Assembly: GCA_965649765.1 (NCBI GenBank)
Contig: OZ287748.1
Coordinates: forward strand, 36,952,001-37,016,000
DNA length: 64,000 nt
Source: Bispira polyomma
Taxonomy: Eukaryota
Direction: 5' to 3'
Positions 39,383 to 49,260 of this stretch are shown piece after piece. The notes under the pieces are model-generated. The model searched no databases. It worked only from the letters and a program-made list of their open reading frames with translations, and was not told the DNA's origin. The number at the start of each line of letters is the position of its first letter. The stretch's first letter is position 1. The translations under genes and the position numbers were made by a program.

Positions 39383-40468
39383 TTTATTTTTCTTTTCGAG
39401 AAATAAAACACAAGGAACACACACTCACTGGAGAGCTAGACAAAAAAGGGGGTTTAAGGCTATATCAAATTAGATGGACTTCTCACTGACAAATTGAAAT
39501 CAATTAAAATCAATAGATACAAGGGAAAAAAAGAAACTATTAGCAAAAATGAATATAAGGTGAAACATTCAATAGACCACATACCTCTGCCAAGACACCA
39601 CAATGCCAAAAAACAAAATAAAAAGTCCCTTGAGATGCCCTTCTTGCAAGATCCTCTGCAAATTCTTTATGTATACTGCCTTGACCCATGTCTCATCCAC
39701 CCCTTACCAAATTTTCTGTGAATCAGTTCATTATTTTTTGTGTAATCCATGTGACCAACAAACCAACGGACACAGTTGAAAACATATCGTCTTTGGAGGA
39801 GTTAGACAGAATTGGACTGTGTTGTATACTGTATACAAAGTAGCATTTTGTTATTGTAAATAGCATATTTAAAATAGTGTTTTGTAATGTTTTATATTGA
39901 AATAATTGTAAATTATGCAATTTATCAAATATACCTTCCTTAAACTCCAGTACTGTTTTTGCATTTAGTTTTTTTTTAAATTTTAAATTGATCAGGGTGA
40001 CATATTGATATATTCTAAAAACTGAGTAATTATCAAGGCTGGCCTGTAATTACTTCAAGTGATACCCCTATCATCAAGTAAAAACTTCAATCTACAAAAA
40101 TTGCAACTGAAAATTAAACATCCTAGCACAATTTTCTACAGAGGGAAAAATTGAGAAAATATCATATGGTACAGTATTACTGACTGGAAAAAAATCTCAC
40201 AGAAATAATTGTTTTGGGATTGACTGATTTCAAAGTTTTACATCTGTGCAGATGCATGGATTTACTCTTCCTATACCTCACAAAACTTGCTGTCTGTTTT
40301 ATGTTGTAGTTGGAGATCATCCACTTTGATAATCTCTTACCAGGGGGCATTTTTTTGTTTCTACATGAAATGACTGTTTGTTTAGGTCATATTTACGAAT
40401 TCTACATTTTCTGAACACGATCTTGCTCTCCCATTAAATACGGATATTAAAGCTCCTACTATATTAAT

Positions 40469-40471
<3 letters not shown>

Positions 40472-40513
<42 letters not shown>
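40472..40513. repeat. (AT)n microsatellite
   Basis: About 21 consecutive AT units. Confidence 0.97.
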
Positions 40514-40515
<2 letters not shown>

Positions 40516-41599
40516 CTCTGATGTATTTGAATACCTTTATTGGTATGCAAAATTAAACAACCTGCTTTAAGCAAGAACTGCTTACACCAGCCAACCAGAG
40601 AATTTTTATATAGTTTACTTGAGGTTTACTATGGCTTTAAATACGCCTTGTGTCATATCACGACTGGCAGTTCAGTGGTGACAGAAATTAGACTGAGGTA
40701 GTTCGTCAAGGTTTGCTTATCTGCATGCAGCAGGTCCACTGCCAACTTTCCCATATACATGCTAGTGCCGAGATTCAACTCCTGCAAAGACTGCAAAGGT
40801 GGGTGGCAAGTGTATGCCCAGCACATCACAAATGGCCCCTGATTATTATCAAAGCAGCACAAATGGTCACAGTGAGACATACAGTATTCAGTGGTAAACA
40901 AGATATGGGTAATATACTGTAATGAGTTGCATAGTTTTCGTAGAAATCCTCCCAAGGGAGTTAGCGGGACTGTCATGTGATAACTCACCTTGTATTGAAG
41001 TTTTATATTTATATGTACACTCGTTATATTTAATAAATCTTAACATACCAGGTAAAGGTAGATAAATGCCACAATTGGTATTTTAGGATTTCGCTAACCT
41101 TTACTTGACTTCCCAAGTAACTGTTATTCTCCTAACTGTAGATAGCAGCTTGATGATGACCATTTATCAATGTCCCCAAGGTATTTTAGCCTTCCATTAG
41201 GGATAAAACCCAATAACAGTGGACCACCATTTTATGTGGTCATCTGAACCACTATGCTTCTGATTGTATCTGTTTGCTTTGTGTTCAAGTTACCCACGAG
41301 GCCACAGTTACCGATCTTCCTATTGTTATGACTGTGGCAGCATGAATGGACCCACATCTCCAAATTGATTACCATCAGTTCATAGTCACCAATAGATAAA
41401 TTGGACATATACCAAGCATCGACGGACTGAAGTGACTTTGTCATTAGCATACAGAGCAATGTAGCAGACATATAAAAAAAAATTTTTCTTTTATTTCTTA
41501 CAAACCTATATTGAGTGAACAAAGTGGACTATTTACAGATACAGCTATCTAACAAGGGTAAATATTCTTTATATGGGTTTATCATATATGTAAATGTCT

Positions 41600-41834
41600 A
41601 AATGTGTGTAGGTTTGTAGTCTCATATCACCTCTATTGAGCTCTCAGCTAACTTTACAGTTTACATCACCAGCCTGGGTTCTCCCACTTGGAATCAATTG
41701 TTCTGTCTCAACTCACTCAGGAAGCATACTAGCCATGCTCCCACATGCGGCACACAAGACCATAACACCCATTAGTGGCCAGGTACCCATTTATACACCT
41801 GGGTAGAGTAGGACAACTTTGTGTAAAACACCTT
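41600..41834 (-). mobile_element. SINE body, split by the Ngaro insertion (head at 48619-48700)
   Basis: ccaggtacccatttatacacctgggtagag...gtaaaacacctt resembles a conserved SINE central domain in reverse; it resumes as gtccaa...ggatcgaacc (reverse B box GGTTCGATCC) directly after B2. Confidence 0.65.
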
Positions 41835-42043
41835 TGCTATACACGTCTACTTCAGGAGACTGCTATCTCAGTCCACGTTAAATATAACACACCACCTTAA
41901 TTAAAAATTAGGTATAGCTATCTTCAGGGCATTTTACCATAGCTATTCTAGGGCCAATCACATTGCAGAAGTAATTAACAGTTCCCGGCTTTTCTTGGCA
42001 TTATACTGCCATATTGAAGCAACAAGTGAAAATTATTTTAACT
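41835..42043 (+). repeat. Split direct repeat A1
   Basis: Near-identical to 47292-47515 (a few substitutions and one ~15-bp indel). Confidence 0.95.
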
Positions 42044-42153
42044 TACATGGAGATTTATACAACATTTGTTTTTAGTGAATTGTTTTAAACGTTATATTTT
42101 ATCTTTTACTACATTATTAGCAAGGTGTTATTGGTTTTGTGTGTTTTACAATT

Positions 42154-43356
42154 ATGGGGAGGACGAGTAAAACTCCTCTGCAAGCAAAGAAGGCAGCCAA
42201 CCGGAAAACCAAGGTGTTAAGAGCTACAAGTGGGACAGAAAGTTCACAGGTAACTGATAATATTGTTCGGGCTCTTCGTAGCCACCTCGTCGAGGTTGAC
42301 GAACCATTAACTTCTACATCGAATGCTGCTCTGTTCCAGGCAGATCCCCAAATGCTTCAACCACCTATTAATTCACAGCCACCAGTAAATCCACCTAACG
42401 AGATGTTAGAAATTCTGAAAAGGTTAGAATCAAGGCTTGAAAAAGTTGAGGTGAGAACGGCTACAGTCACCAACTCGGCCAGTAATTCCAATCAGTTCAC
42501 GAGCAGTGCTGCAACTCTCGGACGGGGCAGCTCCACGGCTAACAGTCTACCTCTGCCATGTTATACTCCACCTACGGGAGCCGGAATTTCCCAGCAACCA
42601 CCACTGGGGCCCACACACCACAAATACAGACGAGATGGTATTGTGCCCAATTTAGAGACCTTTCGCTCCATGCCTGACGTGCAGTCAGCAGTCACACGTC
42701 AGTTAGCCAGTTATGAGTCGTTGGCGCAGAGGGAACTATCCCAAGGTAAGCAGAACCAGAGGGTCAAGTCTGGCAGGTTTAATTTGACTGATGTTGCCAC
42801 AGTTGATCCAAGATACCGTTGGCCCAACGAGGGCTGCTTAGCAACGAACGTCACCCCTTCTTCTCGTAAACGGCCCGCCTATGATGACCTGTCGCTACCA
42901 CAATGGGCGGCAGGACAAATCTCGAATGCGCTCCTTGTCGCAGACAACACAGCCATGAGGGACATGATGACCCAGGTAGTATTGGCGCTTCGAGACGCTT
43001 CGTCGTTACCCTGGCCCGTAGTGAGGACAGCATGGGCGTCTAACATGCACGAAGTTGAGGAGGGACGCTTGACGTGGCAAGATCACACGCAGTGGGCGCT
43101 GAATCGAATGAGAGCGTCCCAGTTAGCTATGGTTAATAACAATCACCAGGGTACATCCAATGCCACAGAACAGAAAACAATATGTAAGCTATTTAACAAT
43201 GGTAAATGCAGTCACAAAAATGACCATGGGAATTACAAGCATCAATGCTGGTATTGTGCCAAAGTCTTAGGAAAAGAATCTGGCCACCCTGAATTTAAGT
43301 GTTTTAAGGCAAACTCAAGTAAGCAATCTGACAGTCAAAATATAAAAAGCAGCTAG
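42154..43356 (+). CDS. Ngaro element 1 gag-like ORF1 (open, ~400 aa)
   Basis: Likely start ATG 42154 (MGRTSK); KSGRFN..DP..RWPNEGCL..YDDLS..QW.AGQ core shared with the 52641 ORF; C-terminal Cys/His finger CKLFNNGKC...H...HQCWYC...HPEFKC. Confidence 0.9.
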   Translation: MGRTSKTPLQAKKAANRKTKVLRATSGTESSQVTDNIVRALRSHLVEVDEPLTSTSNAALFQADPQMLQPPINSQPPVNPPNEMLEILKRLESRLEKVEVRTATVTNSASNSNQFTSSAATLGRGSSTANSLPLPCYTPPTGAGISQQPPLGPTHHKYRRDGIVPNLETFRSMPDVQSAVTRQLASYESLAQRELSQGKQNQRVKSGRFNLTDVATVDPRYRWPNEGCLATNVTPSSRKRPAYDDLSLPQWAAGQISNALLVADNTAMRDMMTQVVLALRDASSLPWPVVRTAWASNMHEVEEGRLTWQDHTQWALNRMRASQLAMVNNNHQGTSNATEQKTICKLFNNGKCSHKNDHGNYKHQCWYCAKVLGKESGHPEFKCFKANSSKQSDSQNIKSS

Positions 43357-46091
43357 GGAGATATTCGACAACCAGTTAAGCAACGAGGAACATTAGTCAA
43401 TACTGTAGATTTAAGAGTCAATGAGGACAACTTTTCTAGTAAAAATAATGTTAGTCATGTAGTAAAACAAAGTTGTAAAAAGAACTTATTTGGAAGGGGT
43501 AATGAAAATCAGTTAAATTGTAATAATAATATGTTACCAAATGTAATATTTGAGAACATTTGAGAAACTTATGGTGATGTTGAGTATATCCAGAGTCAGC
43601 AGTAAATGTTTCCACCTACCAGAGTGCAAGAGAAGGTCGACTTGGACTCTGGGGAGTGTAGCCTCAACTGGTGTGGGGTACTTAAAAATCTTAATGACAA
43701 AATTTATATAGGCCACATACAGAATGACCACACTGATAGGAAGGCCATCAGAGCAAAAATTAGTGTAACCAATTGGTCCTTATCTGATCTGGCCACTGGC
43801 AAGAATTTTAAAATCATTTACATGGAAGGACTTCATTGTTTGGTAAGAGGTTTTTACTATACCTATGTTGATAATGTCACTGGTTTGCAATGCTACACTC
43901 CCCTGGACTTCAAACCGAATGGTATGTTATATATTATTAATGTTTTTGAGCCATTGATTAATAGAGACCATGAGATAACAATGGTAAATTTAGATGGCAT
44001 TGAATATGTTTCGGTTAAGCAACAAGAGCAAGCCAGTAATGATTTCTATTTTTACCAAAGAGGTATGCAATGTCTAAATTCAAATGGTAAGACATATACT
44101 CAATTTGTAGAAAATATAATTGATAAGTTAATTGAACATTGTGAAAATGTAGAATTAGTCAACACTGATGTAAATGTAGAGCCAACAGACAAGGCTGTAC
44201 AGAATGGACATAGTAGCTCTGACACTACTAAAAGCATGGTAAGTTATTGTGATGAAAAATATACTCACCCTGCGTCGTCCGAGTTCTTCTCCCAAATGAC
44301 TTACATGACTAAGGCTAGTGAACCAACCAATAGGGTGGTCACGGACATTAACGACAAAGATAAGACTGTAGGGTTCATTGCTCTTTCAGATACTGATTTT
44401 GAATTTCAAGGACCAGTTAAGCAGCCAATACAGATAAAATCAGTGGAAGACATGATTACAACTGCTCAAATTATAAAACAAACAGGAGTTCCAAGTTATA
44501 GATCAGCTAAAATTCCACTAAGTTCTGGACTTAACACACAGGCTTGGCAGCACATGCTGCAGGATTATCCTGACAAGCTGTTACTCCAATATATTACATT
44601 TGGTTTCCCTTTATGTTTAAGGACTCCTACTAAATTAGAAAATGTTAAGGTAAAGAATCATTACTCTACAGTATCCCTATGAGGTTGGGGCATATCTTAA
44701 AAAAGAAACTGCTTTAGGGGCCATGTTAGGTCCAGTTAAGGAAGTAAACACTTCAGACTACCATTGTTCGCCACTTCTCATTAGACCCAAAGATATTAAT
44801 AAATGCAGAGTAATTTTGAATTTGTCACATCCTTATGGCAACTCCCTTATTGACAATGTCGACAGGGACAAATTCGATGGCGTGTCATTTGTATTAAAAT
44901 TTCCGACAATTGATGACATCACACAAGCCATACGGGATACTGAAAACGCAACCTTATTTAAAATTGACGTGGCCAGAGCGTTTAGAAACTTAAGGGTTGA
45001 CCCTGTGGACGCAATAAAGCTAGGAATTTCTTGGGAAAATGAATACTCTGTGGACCCTGCAATTGCGTTCGGGTGGGTTCATGGAAGTGCGGCTTTTCAG
45101 GGATGTACGGAAGCAATTACAGCACATATGTAGAAACAAAGCTTTAAGGTATTCGGATAAATAGATGATTATGTTTGCGTTACTCATAAGGATAAAGCCA
45201 TGGAAGGTTTTAACAAGCTTCATACATTGCTACTGGAGCTTGGTCTACCGATGAACCAGGATAAACTAACTCCACCAACTGATAAGCTTACTTGTCTAGG
45301 AATCGACTTTGATATCACTAAAGGAATTATAAGTATACAAACAGACAAGTTAAAAGAAGTATATGACGTTTGTATTGAGGTTCTCCACAAACAGTACATA
45401 TCTAAGAACAAATTCCAGTCATTATTAGGCAAGCTCCTATATATTCATAAATGTGTTACTCCGGCCCGAACCTTTGTGAACAGACTATTGGCTGAATTTC
45501 GAGCTGGCCATGCGAATAAGCGTTTTAAAGTAACTAATGAAATAAAAAAACGACTTGCTATGGTTCAAGAAATTCTAAGAACACTACAATGGTATTAATT
45601 TCATTAACCATAACGTTATACCATATGCAGACGAGCTGCACTTAGACGCTTGCCTCACAGATTTTGGGGGCGTTTGGAATGACGAGGTTTATGCCACTCC
45701 GTTTCATGACATTTTTGATGGAAAATTGACAATTGTACACCTCGAGATGCTGAACAATATAATCGCTTTACGTGTATGGGCTGAGAAGTGGAGACATGGT
45801 AGTCTTATGATCAACTGTGACAACATGGCTGTGGTTCTGGCTGTCGAATCACAAAAAACCAGAGATAGTTTCCTGGCCTTATGCTTAAGAAACATCTGGT
45901 TACTAACAGCCACTTATGACATTACTCTTAAAATTAGACATATACCTGGTAAGAAAAATGTAGTTGCAGATGCACTGTCTAGACTGTATTCAGACATGGT
46001 ATCGGATCAAGAGCTTATAAATAAAATTGACAGTAATTTTAAATGGCACCAAGTGCCAATTGAATATTTCAATTTCGACTTATCTATATAA
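43357..46091 (+). pseudogene. Ngaro element 1 pol (N-terminal extension, RT, RNase H), disrupted
   Basis: HCSPLLIRPK, FKIDVARAFRNL, AFGWVHGS, catalytic YIDD read as *IDD (~45158), HLDACL, NCDNMAVV, HIPGKKNVVADALSR; several stops and frameshifts. Confidence 0.92.
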
Positions 46092-46097
46092 TTTCAG

Positions 46098-47072
46098 GTT
46101 CTACATACATCAGCCAAGCTCTGATGGTGTCAGCCAATGCCAGAATTGACCTAGCTTTAAAACCAAAGACAACTACAGCATACAATGCACAGTTTAAGAC
46201 CTTTTTAGCCTTTCTTAAGTTCACAGGAATTGCTACCGTTAATGTACATTCAGTTATTGCCTTTTTGGAGTACCTTGTGCAGAATCAGTTATCACCAGGG
46301 GCTATTAACAACTACTTAGCAGCTTTAAAATTTGTAGCATCCAAGTTGAAATGGAATCTGACTCCATTTACACATAATGCAGTCTCACTATTCACTAGGA
46401 GTTTCACACATAATTCAGCTTTCAGACCAAAACCTAGAGGCATTTTTACCATAGAACAGCTTATTCGCATATCTAGAGCTTGTGAAATCCTGGATGACCC
46501 CTTACTCTTTAGGACTATCTTCTTAGTAGCATTTTTTGGATTTTTGAGGTTATCAAATATAGCACCTCATTAAAAATCAGCCTTTGACAACACCAGGCAC
46601 TTCCTAAGACAGGATGTCGTTTTTGGTCACCCAGGAGCTCACTTGATCTTAAAATGGGCCAAATTTACAAAATCGAACTGACACTCACATAATTCAGATT
46701 CCAGTACTGGACAATTCACACATTTGCCCAGTGTTAGCCCTACAAAGATTGCTTTCGTCCAGACAAATTTCGGACAAGGCCCCACTGTTTGCATCAAAAA
46801 TTCCACCATATCACACAATTATCGATTCACATGTCAGATATGCTTTACAAAAGATTTTACAACACATTGGTATTCAACATAGTTCACATGGATTCCATGC
46901 CTTCAGAAGGTCGGGAGCCACTTTTGTATTCAATCAAATCGTCTCACTCCAGGACATTATGGCCCACGGATTATGGAGGTCATCTGCTGTGTGGACATAC
47001 TTACAAAATACTTCACAGGCTGCCTCAATGGTACCTTTAACCTTTGCCTCTGCCATCTCTCATTCCTCCTAG
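46098..47072 (+). pseudogene. Ngaro element 1 tyrosine recombinase, disrupted
   Basis: FFGFLRLSNI, LILKW, LCPV, HGFHAFRRSGA, HGLWRSSAVWTY (R-H-R-W-Y catalytic set); stop at 46571 and frameshift near 46665. Confidence 0.93.
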
Positions 47073-47079
47073 GTTTGGC

Positions 47080-47515
47080 TTGGGGCTGTAAAAATTTGTG
47101 ATGTTTAAATAAATTTTTAAGCATTTTACTTTTTTATATATTATCATGTACATATACTACTAACATGTAAAAAATAAACCCTCAAAGTGAAATCTTTTAC
47201 TATCTGTGTTCATAAACTTGACTATAACTTACAAATTTGAGCTCTCTGATATAATTCTGACCTTCTATATCAACCTTAATAACGGGGACTGTGCTATGCA
47301 TGTCTACTTCAGGAGACTGCTATCTCAGTCCACGTTAAATATAACACACCACCTTAATTAAAAATTAGGTATAGCTATCTTCAGGGCATTTTACCATAGC
47401 TATTCTAGGGCCAATCACATTGCAGAAGTAATTAACAGTTCCCGGCTTTTCTTGGCATTATATAGCCATATTGAATTTGACTTCGAACAAGCAACAAGTG
47501 AAAATTATTTTAACT
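47080..47515 (+). repeat. Internal B1-A2 junction repeats
   Basis: B1 (ttggggctgtaaaaat...aacggggactg) abuts A2 (tgctatgcatgtctacttcagg...), reproducing the end-to-end circle junction. Confidence 0.95.
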
Positions 47516-48404
47516 CCCACCACCTCCCCTGAATACCACAGCTAGGACTAAGTCAGTATGAGGACCAGTTGGGACTCTAAGTAAACAAAAATTAGTAACA
47601 ATGAATGTAGATGCTAAACCGGACGTAACATGGTAAATGTTGAATTTTGTAGATCGAAATTACTTGTAGTCACTTTGACTTATTACAAAAAGGGTTACTG
47701 TAATGCTCCTCTGGCTGTGTGGAATGAGGGTTCTGCCTTCTTATACTTTCCTCTGAGTTCATGTCTAGGGTTCCAGAGTAGAATAGAAGCTCTAAGAGGT
47801 TTAACTCTCGTCCGCTAGGCGATTCGGTGTCCAAAGCCAGGGGTAGCCGAAAAGCAGTCAAGTTGAATAAAATAAGGAAAATACATTTAAAGGGGGGCAT
47901 TTGTCATATCAGTGTTAATGTAATGGTAGAATGATCACTTTATATATGTGTGTCAGTATGAAAACGCGTCACGTGTGTTTAAATGGTGACAAAAATAATA
48001 AAGTGTGGTTAAATATGTGAAATGGCTCATTTAAAGGGCACTTGACTATACGTTTATGGCCTGTTTACAAGCAATGAATGCTGGAACATGAAGGAATTAG
48101 TTACAACCAAAAAACACCGTTTATGGGTGGGTTATGGCTGTTTGGGGTTGTCAAAACCTTATGATACTTGCAAATATTTAGAACACCAGTAACCATCAAT
48201 AACAGAACTATAGATTATTTTTAGTTATTTTAGTTTGATGATTAAAAACTTACTGCTATTATTAATCATGTTATACGTACTGCAAAGTGTATTTTGCTAA
48301 TTGTTTACTGTTTCGTATAATGAATATTATAAAATATGATTTTTGTTTTGGCTAGTCCTGTAAATTTGGCTAGTCCTGGTTTTATCATTGTTAGTTTTGC
48401 CTAG

Positions 48405-48618
48405 TTGGGGCTGTAAAAATTTGTGATGTTTAAATAAATTTTTAAGCATTTTACTTTTTTATATATTATTATGTACATATACTACTAACATGTAAAAAAT
48501 AAACCCTCAAAGTGAAATCTTTTACTATCTCTGTGTTCATAAACTTGACTATAGCTTACAAATTTGAGCTCTCTGATATAATTCTGACCTTCTATATCAA
48601 CCTTAATAACGGGGACTG
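48405..48618 (+). repeat. Split direct repeat B2
   Basis: Near-identical to 47080-47291. Confidence 0.95.
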
Positions 48619-49045
48619 GTCCAACAGTACAATTTCCAGGCCTCCAGCGCGGATCGAACCAGGGCTCTGAGATCACTCAAATCAAAGTCAGTAACGTCAC
48701 TGTTAAGTGTAACAGTAACTGCAAAGTATCCTTAGCATGGCCATTTAGTCGCACAAATCCACCTGCTTACGGTAATGATTGCCAACACACTTGTATATCA
48801 ACAAATATCCAATCACATAAATAGTACAAAACGAATAACTTAATTTAATGCAGGGAATTGTTTTCCCGCCTTTTCATTATGTAGCCACAAATTAATTAGA
48901 TGACAAAGTGTTAACATGTATAATTTCGTCCTAACCTGCTACCTATTTTCTTGGAAAATCTGTAGTTATATGGGTTGTTTTGAGGTTAAATAAGCTCCAA
49001 TACTATGTACAAGGTCAGTTGACCTTTTCTCATTGTCATAAATAT

Positions 49046-49260
49046 TTGAATGGCAATGTTTTAAAAATTTCTAAACTTTTTGGAATTTTCTGTAAAGTTA
49101 TAAATACAGGCAAATGTGTGTAAATAAATTATCCCAAACTAGCATCATCCTTTTTTACTTTCACAAGATCAGCAGTTTCATACCTTACTCACAAGGTCAA
49201 TATCACCTTGAACCCTTGAGGTCAAACTACAGTAACCTGACATTAATCTTGACTTAGCTA
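49046..49260 (+). mobile_element. Old remnant resembling the post-YR (B-like) region of Ngaro element 2
   Basis: tggca...tttctaaa...ttatcccaaact.gcatca...caaggtca.....cac....ccttga.ggtca aligns loosely to 59980-60150. Confidence 0.5.

Larger units (their letters stand above)
41835..48618 (+). mobile_element. Ngaro-type (DIRS order) tyrosine-recombinase retrotransposon, structurally complete but pol/YR disabled
   Basis: Split direct repeats A1 41835-42043, B1 47080-47291, A2 47292-47515, B2 48405-48618; gag-like, RT/RNase H and YR regions; no methyltransferase domain after RNase H; no TSD. Confidence 0.95.

Noticed and set aside
41232-41522. 96-aa minus ORF with a signal-like start and cysteines; nearby donor-like GTGAGT at 40988
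   Set aside because: No recognisable homology or consistent exon structure; ORFs of this size arise by chance.
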